From Phoronis australis (taxonomy: Eukaryota; Animalia; Phoronida): 64,000 nt of DNA. Location: positions 274,238 to 338,237 of the forward strand of contig NMRA01000033.1 in assembly GCA_002633005.1 (NCBI GenBank), in the 5' to 3' direction. Position numbers and translations under genes: made by a program. The notes under the pieces were generated by a model. That model was not told where the DNA came from and searched no databases. It saw only the letters and a program-made list of their open reading frames with translations. Each line of letters opens with the position of its first letter. Within the stretch, counting starts at the first letter, position 1. This document shows, in pieces, positions 11,681 to 24,462 of the stretch.

Positions 11681-14600
11681 GCAAGCTGTTGAAAATGACG
11701 ATTATTAACCAGAACATTAAAAATGTTGAAGCTACCAAAAGCCGCAACAAATGCAGCGTTTAAGGATGCAGTTTCCAATGCATTTTGGGCTTGAAGGGGG
11801 GGTAACTAATCCACATATTAGCTTAAGGTGCTTTCCCATTAGAGGTGAAACATCGCTTATACACAACTTTCGGTAAGTGGGAAAGGTTATCTCCCGTTAT
11901 TACGTCTGCAAGTGAAACCTCGCTGAAAATACGATTTAAAAGTAAAGCTTCGGCACTCACCGAAACTTCAGTATAGCGGGAAAGGTCAGAGCGAAACTTC
12001 CCCGAAGTTACAACACATGAACAGATTTACAGCACTGGCTGTTTGCTATTGCGACCACAAGGCTCTCTAGATTTGCTCGTTAGTGCAGGTTAGTTTCAGC
12101 GGCTGAAACAGTGGTGGAAAAATTGCATGCATTTTTTGTAGCCAATTTCAATTCAAACAAAAGATAAGAATATGATGCTGGTTAACAATGGCTTTAACAT
12201 AGTAATCGGCATAAAAACCAGGGAAAATATTATATGTTTTAATAAAGCATGGGGTACACCTTTTTAAGAAGTTGCTACAAATTAATTACACTTCATGTAG
12301 GATAACATTGATTTGTCATTAGAGCACAAATGGACACATCCGATTAACTACAGCAGATTTTAAAAATAGTCCACCATACCCAGTGACAAACAGTATATCT
12401 AAGTCAAATGTGCTCATACTAGTGATCCAGAGATCAGACAATCATAAATGCATCTCTCAACTTCAAGGAAATTGTGATGGTATTTACAAACAAGTAAGTT
12501 GCAATTAATCCCACTGGAAGGAGTTATAGCGAACATGTACCAAATCAAATCCCTCATATCAAGCATTCAGAGGGGGTTTAATAGCCTGTGACATTTTGAT
12601 TCATAGTTATTAAGTTCTTGGTCATACGAACAACTGTTAAACCATTGCTACTGTGATGAATCTAAAGAAGTCACATTAGCTGCAATGACAATGCCCAAGT
12701 AAAAAACAAGATTCAAAATTACAGATGATGATTGTGAAAAGATTAACAAGAGTACATAGGGCCCCACACTGTTCCATTGGCCATAAAACTGCCATCCACA
12801 AAAGCTTTTTTTATAGCAGTGGGTGGTCTTAAAAATTTACTTTTTGCGTGGATTGCAAATTAATAGCCTTTGATCTAAATAGGGTACAACTTATACAAAC
12901 TACCCTAAAAAAATACTAACAAGTAAAGAATTGACGTTAGGATTGGCATTATCAAAATAATACTGCTTTCATCTTAGAAGTTCGTTAACATCTTTTTTAT
13001 TGTCAGTACATGCAAAAAGCATCACATTTTGTCAGAGTTCAGTCAATGAAATGTCAAGATGAATCTATTCAATGAGTTATATAGTTAAAATCTCTTCTCA
13101 ATGTTTTCAGCTCGTGAGCATGTTTTACATCAAACTCGTCTATGACAATCTTCAAAGCTTAAGTATCCACCTTTTCAAAATTCAAGGATTAAACTCGAAT
13201 TGCCCAACATTACAGAAACCTTACAACACAAAGTCGGCGTTTTGAGGCTTATTATTTTAATTGTGCACACGAAAACAATGGTCATCTTTTTTGTTGCAAA
13301 TTTGAGTGCATCAACTACTGCTGCGGTCGGTGAATTTTGCAATGTTTTTCAGTTGTTGAGAATTTCAAAATTTGAACAGCGGAAAAAGAAGACAAATCAT
13401 CCTTAAAATTACTATTTTTGCATCCTTTGATGATTTTGATAACGCTGATAATGTATGTCAGGCCTAGAATTTCAGCAGGTATTTTCAACATGCATTTATC
13501 CCCCCTCCCCAATTTGCTTAATAGTAACTTGGCGCCTGGACCTCAAACACACATCAGTTTCACACACCCATTCAATTTATGGCTCAGCAACCTGCTGAGG
13601 TAGATATTTAGTGAACTTCAGGTCTGTGGGACTTATAATTTTGGAGGTCATACCTGGCTTGTGCATCTGTCTGGCGACAATAAAGCACCAATAGTAGGGT
13701 TAAAATGCCTACCAATCACTTCTTGAAAATTTTGAATTAAACATCTCCAAAGCGTTATGCACCCTAGCTATGGAATTAGTATGGGGACTAACTATCAGCC
13801 AGTGGGGATAGTCTTAGTTGTTGTTATCAGTTTGACAGTGGCAAACCAATGTTTACATAGTCCAGCTTTCTTATTATCTGCTGTCATCTGATGCTCATGT
13901 AATCCAGCAATAGTGTTCTAAACAGGAAGCCTGATTCTAATGGATATTTATTTGCAAACAACTTTCAACAAATGTCACGAAGCAGATGTGTTTTGTAAGA
14001 AATACTTTCACCAAAAAAACTTCTGCATGGAGAAAAACAGTTGACTTTCAGAGAAATTAGACTTGACTTTCATCTGTTGATTCCTTTGTGCAGCTGCAAG
14101 CTCTGACCAGCTTAACCATAGTATTGTGTATCAACACAAAATGCTTGTTTGACAAGCTTAATGCAGTGTGATTCTAGATTAGATCATGAAAGTGGAAATT
14201 TCTTGATTTTTACACTAAAGCAGAATGGTATGCAATGGTCTTGGGAAATTAGCTGATTGTTAGCAAAGGAATACAACACCATAAATAAGTTTCATAGACA
14301 GAATATTGCATGTTTGTCCATATGACAACCAGTTGTCCTTCACCTTCAGCAGCAGGTATGCACCACTAATTGTAAGAACTATTGGCTGTTAATTAAGTCT
14401 CTCTGTTCATCAGCCTACTTACAAAATGGTGTAACTGGCTACAGGTGGCACAAGGCTTGTTGGACTCAGTGTCTTGGGAATAATACATATGGTCAAACAC
14501 AGTCAGACTCAGACAGAATACTGATAGTTAATTAAATCATAAATGCTCAAGACAATAATGCTTTAACACAAGTAATAATGATGATGGATGCTGCTGATAA

Positions 14601-14685
14601 TGAAAATTAGAATAATTTAAAACCAATGCACAATTTTAGTTTTCAATTGTTCAAAAAACAACATGACTGAAGAGTAATTCTAGGT

Positions 14686-14955
14686 ACCCTGTTCGTCCAA
14701 CAGGTCAATCAAAAATCTAAAAAAATCAGGCATTGGGCGATGATACAAAGATCGTCGCCTAACTGAACTAGAAAATCCAAGCACAATGATTTTCCAGTGT
14801 CGGATATTATTGATAAAATGAAGACATTACTGTAGAATTTTAGAACTGTAGGTAAGGCATTTTTACGTATTCATGGACTGGGCGCTTATTTTATCGAAGT
14901 CTGAAAACGTGTGGGGGGCGCTTATAGGGGCATGGGCGCTTATTAGGACGAATGT
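14686..14955. mobile_element. Short degenerate Tc2-like MITE
   Basis: Left ta-ccctgttcgtccaa and right gggcgcttattaggacgaat ends, with GGGCGCTTA subterminal motifs. Confidence 0.45.
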
Positions 14956-15029
14956 TATTATTTATAGAATAATTTTGACTAAAATGACATTGTACATTAC
15001 AATAAGAAATCAGTTTATCAAGAAATATG

Positions 15030-15412
15030 GTATTTCACTTGCTGTGAGCACATGGACCAGTGACTTCTGCCTATCCCCCCTTTTCTTCGTTTCAGACTAG
15101 TCCCCAAATTCCTCTGTGCACGGCCACACATTGTAATCTTTTGTCTAGACGAATCGAGTAACGGGTGACATCTACTGAATCGGATGGATCCCACTGCCAG
15201 AGCATCGACACGCTGATCAAACATAACCTTAAATTCATGATAAAAACAGCACAAGGAGGAGAAAATTTATTCATGTTCATCTGAGAAACAAAAAATGCTT
15301 TTGCGCTCCGAAAATTCGCTCGCCCCCTGGGCGACCAGCAAGTCAACTTCTATTCGTCCAGCATCATTTTTACTCGCATTGGCGACTGGGCGAATGGCAA
15401 AGTATATCCCTG
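15030..15412 (-). mobile_element. hAT-like element end with possible transposase remnant
   Basis: CAGGG terminus at 15412 with GGCGA/TCGCC subterminal motifs. Adjacent frameshifted MCG..HRGIWGL...CAH peptide loosely resembles the hAT DGA..M.G...HC..H region. Confidence 0.35.
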
Positions 15413-16646
15413 TGTACGTGTATTAGAAAATGAAAGTTCAGTGATGCAAAATTATGGGATGGGAGTTGAGCCAAACATAAAGATTAGCCTGAACAAGTGC
15501 ACTTAATAAGCAATGTGTTTGTGTTTCTAATCCATGGCTCAATTTGCTGACCTTACATTTTCTTTGGCGACCTGATAAAAATACCAAGTTGCCCCGAAGT
15601 CGTCATGCACACATTCAAGCAGTTGCTCACAACACTACAGAAAGTAGACTGTATTCGGAACTGTTTGCCAAAAAATGGAAGGGCCAGTTCATGACTCATG
15701 CACTGATCTATCCGGAGTGTCCGATCATCAGGTTTTCCTTAAGGTAGGAGGCCCGTCCTGTGCAGGGGACAATTGGCACACCATATACAAATAATTTTCC
15801 GCTTGACTAAAAACAAGCCTCTCAGGCCATCTCGGGTATTCTGGTAACAATTTGCTCAGTTCGCCAGTTTTTCAATTCGCACCCGCATCAAGGAGTCTCC
15901 TTGTAATTTGGCGACCATTTCCTATTTCGTGACCATTGAGCAATGAAGTCATAATTCCATAAAAACGAAAGCGCAAATCCACGACTGACCCAATAATTCA
16001 AAGTCGAGTCAAAGATGACAATTGACGAGGTTATGTGATGCTATAAAAACAGGATAACCCAAAGCAACTATTTTAATCTTAATTCACACAGATGTTTATC
16101 AGAAAATGACATAACATACTTATCAAAATGTCTAAGTACCTCCCTTAAATGGTTCCATGCCAACATTTCAATATTTTGAACCAATCGTGTTGTGTTAATG
16201 ACACATTTCATTAACTTTGACCAATGAGTTGGTGCTATTACCATACTTCATTAACATTAGACCAATTAAATTGAGCCATTCACATACGTCTAACTCTTAG
16301 ACTAAACCAGTTCTACTCTTTATAAGGACATTGATTGATCCTTGAAAAGCATATTCCCTTTCTGTATTTCTTTGGATGAGTATCCTGTGTCATATTCTTA
16401 ATGAACCATGAGGCTATTTCTGTGTAATTTGTATTAAAAATAGTCGCACTGGTTTCTTTGCAACAGAGTTCATTAGCAGAAATGACAAACGAAGCTACAC
16501 CATGTGAAATGATGTAAGTTCCTACATAACGAGGTGTGCTGACAAGTGTCACAATGACATGATGTCTTGTCGCCGACATCATAGCTAAAAAAGCACAGAA
16601 TTGAAATCAGTTCCTAAACCGTGAAATTGATTCAGAGACCTCGTTA

Positions 16647-17725
16647 AAACAAGAGCAACTTAAGGTGTTGATATGCACCCACAGTGCACTGGAAACGGTT
16701 CACTTCTATAGCCGCATTTACATGGGAGACAATTGTCACGGAGCAAAAAGCACGGAACAGCTGATTCGTGCAAGTGTGCCTGTGTGTGATTGTGTAAACA
16801 CAACTGACATGGAGCAAGCTGACACCGCGGTAGCCATTTTTGACACTGGTTTGAGAGGTAGAGCAAGCTGAACTCGATCACTTGCTCCATTTTCGCTATA
16901 CATCTAAACACAAACTGGGGCAAGGCAGAAGGGATCGTCTGTGTTACGCTTACGTGACAGCGTGTGTACGGGTGACTCGCTAGCATTCCACGTGGTTCGG
17001 ATGTTCTGCGCAGACAGTCTTCGTGTAAATGACCCATGTTGGTACCTCACCATTGGACTAAAAATTGGCAGGCGTTGCCTACTTTGTAATTTGGCGTATA
17101 CAAAAATGGACACAGCACTTTTTGGAAGCTGCTCAAAACTGGTAGCTGCCATCATCTGCAAAATGGAATGCCCACTATGGCGTGCTGCAGTAATCAAATC
17201 TGCCCAATAATCGACCAGTGCCGCTACAAACCTCAGCGTCAAGTTTCATTGAAATCTATTAATCAGTTCTCTAGATGAAAATTAACTGGTGCCGCCAAAT
17301 GGCCATCACATACTACTCTCACTGAAATCTGTCTATCACTCCCTTCGCCATCATCCCGAAACACGCTTCTCCCCCCAAAAAATACTGAAAAGCTCCATGA
17401 GACCAAAATGGCCAATACCGAGTGTTGTCGTTAACAAATCTGCAAGAAAATGAAGTGGTGCCGGTGTATTGCCATCCCATAACACTATGTCGAGTTTCAC
17501 TAAAATCCACCCATCAGTTCTCTAGACATCTTTCAGAAACTCTCTTCTCCCATTAACACTGAAAAGCCCTGGTTGTCTGGCTGTAGGGGGCAGGATGATA
17601 AGTGGCAAGTACCGCCTATACTCTTGTGCCACATTTCACCAAGATCCAACCAGCGGTTTTTGAGATATTGATTGGACATTACCCAACAACCAGACAACTG
17701 GACAGGATGACAAAAACATGTGACC
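16647..17725 (+). mobile_element. Helentron/DINE-1-like non-autonomous element interrupted by a Harbinger-like MITE
   Basis: AACAAGAG start. Three core repeats of the type AAGTTTCA..AAATC....CAGTTCTCTAGA near 17241, 17492 and 17631. Degenerate (GACA)n-like 3' tract. Confidence 0.4.
16710..17035 (+). mobile_element. PIF/Harbinger-like MITE family A (~330 bp)
   Basis: TIRs AGCCGCATTTACA / TGTAAATGACCC. Body (CACGGAACAGCTGAT, GCCATTTTTGACAC, TCTAAACACAA) is shared with the copies at 34972, 36244 and 39575. Confidence 0.65.
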
Positions 17726-20700
17726 ACACATTTAAACATATCATAAAAATAAACAGCACCAAAGGTTTTATAATTTTACCTTCTACACCAAATCTACCAT
17801 CGGAAATTGCGGGCATTCATATCTGCCGACAATAAGTTTTGGCCATCGTAATCGAGATCTTGCAGGAAGTGCTTTGCGAGTATTCTTGCACAATGTTTTG
17901 CTGCTATAAACAAGTTTTTTCAAAGGTGTGGTTTGCGTATTATGCCTAATGCCTGAATGTACAGTATACAGAACACATCTGCCACATGCTTTTTAATTAT
18001 TACAGTACTCAAAGAAAATAAAGATGTAGTCCCGCGATATTTTGTTGACTATTTTAATTACCAACAACATGTTATTTACAACATTGTAGTTGGGTTACGT
18101 CATTGTGATTAACAACTAAAAGTGACATTATAGGTACTGCAGCCAAAAATGCATTTTTGAGATTCGCGGTGGGTGGGATACATTTTTGAAGTTATTAACT
18201 TTAACCAGAGGTATCAAACAACAAAAACCATTGCGTTTTTGTGATTTCTCTGTTGTCTGCCAGACATTTGTTGAAGGCCTGTGACTTTACCAGTTAAATA
18301 CACTTAAAATCTGTGCTGGGATTTAGATCCACCAGCAAAGTGATAAACTATGCACACAAAACAGGAGGTCCATCCTATGTTAGATTCCATGCTGAGACCA
18401 GTCTCAGAAAATAACTTTTCTCCCCGTTAATGTCCCTTCAAATGTTCTATTTACAAAATAGTTGAATGACTTCCACATTTGTGACATACCAACACCACCT
18501 GGAATTTACAGTGATGACAACAAAAGCCCTGAATCTTAAAGTTATTTATAGACATAGATGAAAGTGCAGTCTAGTCTAACTAGAATAGTTGATATTCCAG
18601 AGATAATGAGAAATGCCAAGTAATCATCAAGGATAATGGCAAACAAGACAAGAAATGCATTTAATTAGAAACAAAACACAAGCATATTGTATGCCCTTGG
18701 CTTCTGCCTCCATCATTTCACATCTTCACACGTCTTTGTGACACAGCCGCTGTGACTATCGTGGTTTACCTTTTTGTAGAAAAAAATGGTGTCTATTATC
18801 ACCTTTGAGAATAACTCTAATATCCTCAGCATTCATTGCATAAGAACCACTTACCGGTATTTTCCTATCATACACGGTAATAGTAAAATCTCGCCAATTT
18901 CAGAAAAAAACAATAATTAAAGCCAAAACTGACTTTTTCATTTTCTAAGATTTCTAATATTGTTGGGAATACTCAAGCTTAAAGGAAAATAGTAAATTTT
19001 TGGTCGCATTCTGTCCAAATTTGCTGAGCTTTTGTAATCGCTTACAACCATTACCATTCATAATTGTTTCCGTGACATTTTCATACAAAAAGTGCACTTG
19101 CGTAAAGCTCCATGCAGTGTCAATTTCAAAAACTATTGCATTGATTTATGTAATGGTTTGAAACCTTTGGTTTGTTAATACTGCAGGGTGAAACCATTCC
19201 CATATACACAAAAAACACCAATGGAGTTCATTGACTACTTCAAGGGAACAAATTCACCACTTCTAACTTGATCTATACGAGTTCAAAGTTGATGACTTTC
19301 CTTTGACCTATTAATATTACCGCTATACAGGACTTTAAACAGCTTTTGCTAATGGTTGTCGCCCAAGTTCACAATACCGTCTTTTCATTGGTCAAACGAA
19401 ATTCTTTACTTACACACTGCTTTGGCCAAAAACAAAATGTGATGAATGAAATTCCACGAGATTTCCATGGGGGTCTGATATTTTTTCTTTACCGTGACTT
19501 TTTCATGCATAGAATCTCAGGTTTTCCAAGCTCACTGGGGAATAGGACACCACTTATAATTTCAGTTTGACATCTAAATTCATGAGATAACCCTTCGTCT
19601 ACTCCTTATTGATATGACATATCCATTGCATTGACCAAAAACATGAGAAAATTATGGATAATTAGACGAGATCTGGGGAGACTTCCCGTCCTAGACACAA
19701 CATTTTTTGGGCAGAGCACTCAATTTGGTATCTAAAAATTCTTGCTGTTCAATATTGTCCGCAGAAGTTTTGTGAACTGGTAGTAATTTACCTCAAAAGC
19801 TCACTTTGTTACCCAACTTTCAAAGTTTGGAAAAATGATGACCTGTCTGCGCCAGCTGACTTTCTTACTATAACAGAAATCAATCACGAAGACAATGTGC
19901 ACACTGAGTTAACAACATAAACCATGGACCAAACTGAGGAAAGTGAACAAATTTTGTACACACTTTGCACCATATTTTTAAAATGGATCCTATTGTTGAC
20001 ACGAGTGAAGTCTATCAACAATACAACTCTGAATTTTGTGTAGGGTTTTCCATTAAATCTGAGGCTGCAGGCCGTTTTCCCAGACTGCTGAGTCAGTAAG
20101 CCTGAGTAAGATTTTGGGTAATACAGGGGCCCGCAATTTTGAGAATGAGTTTTCTTCACTGAACTACGGGCATCAAACTGACTCTCAAAATCTAGGACAC
20201 TTGTAAGTGACCATTGCCGGATTTTGTCTGTAGTTTTAGATTTTTGTCAGTAGTAACATTGAAAACAGATTTTAGAAATTTCCTGTACTCATATCTTAGG
20301 AGGGAGTTAATTTTTTGGGAGAAATACTTGTAACCCTCTAATAAAGGCTAATACCAGAACACTCGTGGATAACACTACTCTGCAGCAGACGAGTACTTAA
20401 TATGCCTGCAGACCTTGAATGGCTGAAATTCATGAGACCAAGATATTAAAAAATGTCTGCATTATGCTCCTGACGCAAGAATACGTCCCTATCGCAGACA
20501 GTTCAGCCCAACATTACTACTCCCTATGAAACGCCACTTTTTGGCCATTTTGCTTTTTCGATGAATCAACTGCGGGTTTTTATTCAAACACATCAGTGAA
20601 CATAGATTATAAACTTTTTCACATTAATATGTTTTGTCTAATAACTGAATTTAAAATCAAAAGCCAACAACGCAAATAAGTAAACAAAAAGTTTAAATTT

Positions 20701-22400
20701 CCACTAATGCCCCGATTTTGTGGGAAATTGAGTTTTTAGACTATCAAGATGCCAGGCAGAAGCGATTACTATTCTATAGTTACGTTCACAGCAATATTGT
20801 TTTTGCTTGAAATCCTTAGTGATTTCAATGGTCATTCTGTATAACAAGCAGGTCTGAATGCCAAAGGAAGAAAAATAACAGGATATTACGGCCCCTGGAC
20901 ATCATAAAGCAACAATTAACGAATGGCTTTGTATCTGATGTAATAACCAAAACCATTAATCTAAATTTAATGGATAGGAGACTTTCTTCAGCAATTACAT
21001 CCCCCATTGACATAGTATTGAATGCTACGCGCTGACAGGCAGAGCAGAGTCTCTTGACGTAAATTGGCATCTGAACATAGCCTTCATTTACATTCCTATC
21101 TATAATGACAATGATAATGGCTATGAGTTCACAATATCAATAGTGATTGAGAAGCTTGACGGTTAATATTCAGAATCACTGAGTTTGAATTTAAAGGTTT
21201 ACCGAGGGCCTGTTCGTGGGTACTCTCATTCAAGTGGTAAGTGGTAAGCCACACTCGAGGCTTTTTCATGACCAGTTTCCCTATGGAAACCATGGTACAA
21301 TTTCTGACAAAATTCCCAACACAAGGGTGCCTTTCTGATTTATTTCCTGGGAGATCAAAACTCTATTGACGTACAAAAGTGTACATATTAAGTATTATTA
21401 ATATACCAATACTTTTAACATTTTGGTTGCAAAAGACGAATTCATTTTTTTAAAATGAGGCATCAAATACTCAAATTATAACAGAATTTTCAGAGTCTGA
21501 ATTAACATTCAAGGTTCAACGTTTGAATTCAGTAAATACATACTCACAATCAGAATTCAAAATTTGAATCCATTGCTTAGAATCTCAGAGTTTAGGGTTT
21601 GCATTCAATTTAAAAGGGTGTTGTAATCAATCTGTTTTTGCCAGTTTCATCTAGTATTTACATAAAAAACATAACATTGCTTATTTTTGTTTGTTTTGAC
21701 AGTAAAAACTCACCTACCTTCTTTGTTTTGCTTCAAGTGTCAAGTTATAAGCACAATATCCTAGAAAATTTGCTTCTAAGATTAAAATCCAACCCCACAT
21801 ACCTTCTAAGACCAAGCTGATCAACTGAAGCCATTGCCATGGATACCAATAGAAAAAGCAATAGAATATTTAAAACCCCTTAAACAAGTTATCACACGAT
21901 ACACTTGTTTTAATCCACTCGATGTCATGAAAGTGGTCTAAAATATTTTGTTCTTCACTCAAAATAGATGTGACTTCTTCAATAAAACAAATTGTCAGTA
22001 CTTTACAAGACTAAACAATCACTTCCAATCTGAGTAAGGAACAAGTTGAAATCAAATTAAGGTAAAGTTTAAATTAAAAGTAAGTTTCTTCAAGCTTTTA
22101 AATAAACAACTTTGAAAATTGTAACTTTAATCTAGAGGGTTGAGAACTAAGTGAAACCCCACTGAACATATTATGTTATTCTTTTAAATATTTTTTAACA
22201 TTATTGATATTATTGCTTGTCAAAAAATAAACAGGCCTTTTTCAAAAATAGTTATTTACAATACAAGGGAAAAACCAATAAACCACCGTTGAAGTCAAAA
22301 ATAGAAGTTTTACAACTTTATTATGAAACCTAACATAGAACGATTTGTTACGGAAATAATTTGTACCATAAAAGAGGACCAACAATTAACTAAAACCTAC

Positions 22401-24462
22401 CTTCAACGACATGTCCATTCTGATATTTTATCACAATTTTTCGTGTTTTGTTTGAAATGAAGATCTTCGGTCGATTTGGATCAAAATTCCACGGTTTCAT
22501 TAACCCCGCAGGCTTGACATCGGTGGTAGCACTTTTGCCAGAATTAGTGCTCGTCTTCCCATGATGCATCAGTGGCCTAGATTCCTGAGGAGCACCAGGG
22601 GGATGAACATTGTCATGGATGGAGCTTTCAGGAATAGGTCCTAGTTTAGAATGATCTGAGCTAATATTCTTAATTCCGCTTGTCGGCGTTGCATGGTATA
22701 AAGGCTTAAGTGTCATTGACGATGACCCAGCCAATGGTTCGAGCAAATGTTTCTCACTTCCCTCTAGCTTACTTCCCAAGATGCCATCTTTTGGTTTCTC
22801 AAGTGCAGGTTGTTTTCTGATGATTCGAGACATCTGACAACTGTCCTGCTCGTCACAAGAACCAACTGATTTGGATTTCAAATTTTGTCCTGGCAAAGAT
22901 GGATTCCTGTTTGCAGGCTGGCCATCATCTTGTTGACACATGCTACTTTCACTTCTAGCATTACTCGCGCTTATTTCAGCTTTATAGCCAGACGAGTGCG
23001 AAATAATGTAATTATTCACAGCGACTAAAGATTGACCTTTAATGCTTCTTGCTCTTTGTGCATTCTCTGGAGAAACTTTTTTCATTATCGTGTCCATGGA
23101 AACGGAATTAGCACAAACAGCAGATCGAGAAACTAGGTCTTTGTGCGTGCGTGAATGTCCTTCCTTCACCATGATACTGCTGCTACATCCTCTATTACCA
23201 GTAAATGACACCTCACACTCGGATGAACCAACAACGTTTGTACCTTCCTGCGTCTCGGCACTGTCAATTTCACCTGTGCCATTAATCTCCAATTTTATAT
23301 CCTCTAAGGATAATGACGTAGCACACGATCCCACTGAAGATTTATCACCGTATCTTTGACATTCATTGCCAGCCAAGTCACGCTGGTGACCTGCACGATA
23401 ATGACCGCTACGGTCAATTGCTCTCGCACCTAGCACACCCAGTGATATGCAGTCATTACAGACAATTGAAGCAGAAACAAAGTCTTGTTTCTTGTCACTC
23501 GGTTGGGAATAGTTTGGAAGAGAAGTATCTTCAAGAAACGAACGCTCTGCTAGATTTGAGGTTTGAAGAGGTCCTGTACCAGTTTTAATGACGGACTGAT
23601 TTAAGCTTGGGCCATCATTATTCCTTAGACTATAATCATGAGAGTTTCTGGTGAGCTCATGAAGACCAAACTGGCGACTGCAAAACATGCAACTAGTAAA
23701 CAAGCAACGCGACATTTCATTGCCAACTGCAACAGAACTTGCACTCGATGTCTTGTCAGAATGTTGTCTACACATTACATCAACAACTACCTGTTCAGAA
23801 TGACCTAATCCACCTCCTGCTTTTGGCTCCGGACTATCTTCACAAGGACTGTGTTGTTTCAAGGACGGTGCAGAATTATCCTTTGTATAAGGTTTCGATC
23901 TTCCAGTAACAAGTTGACCATCAATTTTACCACAGCCAAAGTCATTGCTTTTCAGACCAAAATTGAATGCGGTCTTTGTGGTAGTATTCCTGTCATCGTC
24001 TGATCCGATGTCAACACACACAGTCTGGGTGCACACGCTTCTCATTGGTTGCAGACCGACATCAGAAGTACAACTGTCTGAATTTTTACCATTAATTATG
24101 CAACCACAGCACAAAAAACCCACTCGACAGAAATGTCCTTCAGGATTACTTTTGTCTAACACGGCGGTCATCGGAGTACATTCGGTAGCCATGTCTACAC
24201 CATAATCAGTGCAACCCAAACGTCCTTTGGTGACATTTTCGTTGGAATCCTTGTTGCTTAGTTTGACAACATCACCTCGATGATCTCCGACCTCAATACC
24301 TCCATTGCTCTCAGGGGATTTATCAAGATCTTTAGCGGACAGCATTTCTGTAGGCTCGTCCTGCTGAAGTTCCAAGTAATCTTGACTACTGACAGCAGGC
24401 GCAGTAGTCAGGATATTGACGACTTCTCCATTTTTGTCATGTTTAGAGCAGCAATGACCCAT
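22401..24462 (-). CDS. Large first coding exon (687 codons + 1 nt) of a spliced gene; Ser/Cys-rich, probably disordered N-terminal region starting MGHCCSK; possibly an alternative first exon of the PDE1-like gene
   Basis: Only long gap-free ORF in the window. ATG at 24462 is in strong context (ACAATGG) with an in-frame TAA five codons upstream. A donor GAAG|GTAGGT at 22401/22400 lies just before the ORF's stop, so the listed terminal GRF* is likely intron read-through. Phase 1. Confidence 0.8.

Noticed and set aside
15700-15735. Minus-strand CTGATGA-T-CGGA-cac-TCCG-GATA hammerhead-like motif
   Set aside because: The invariant GAAA is broken and stem I does not pair.
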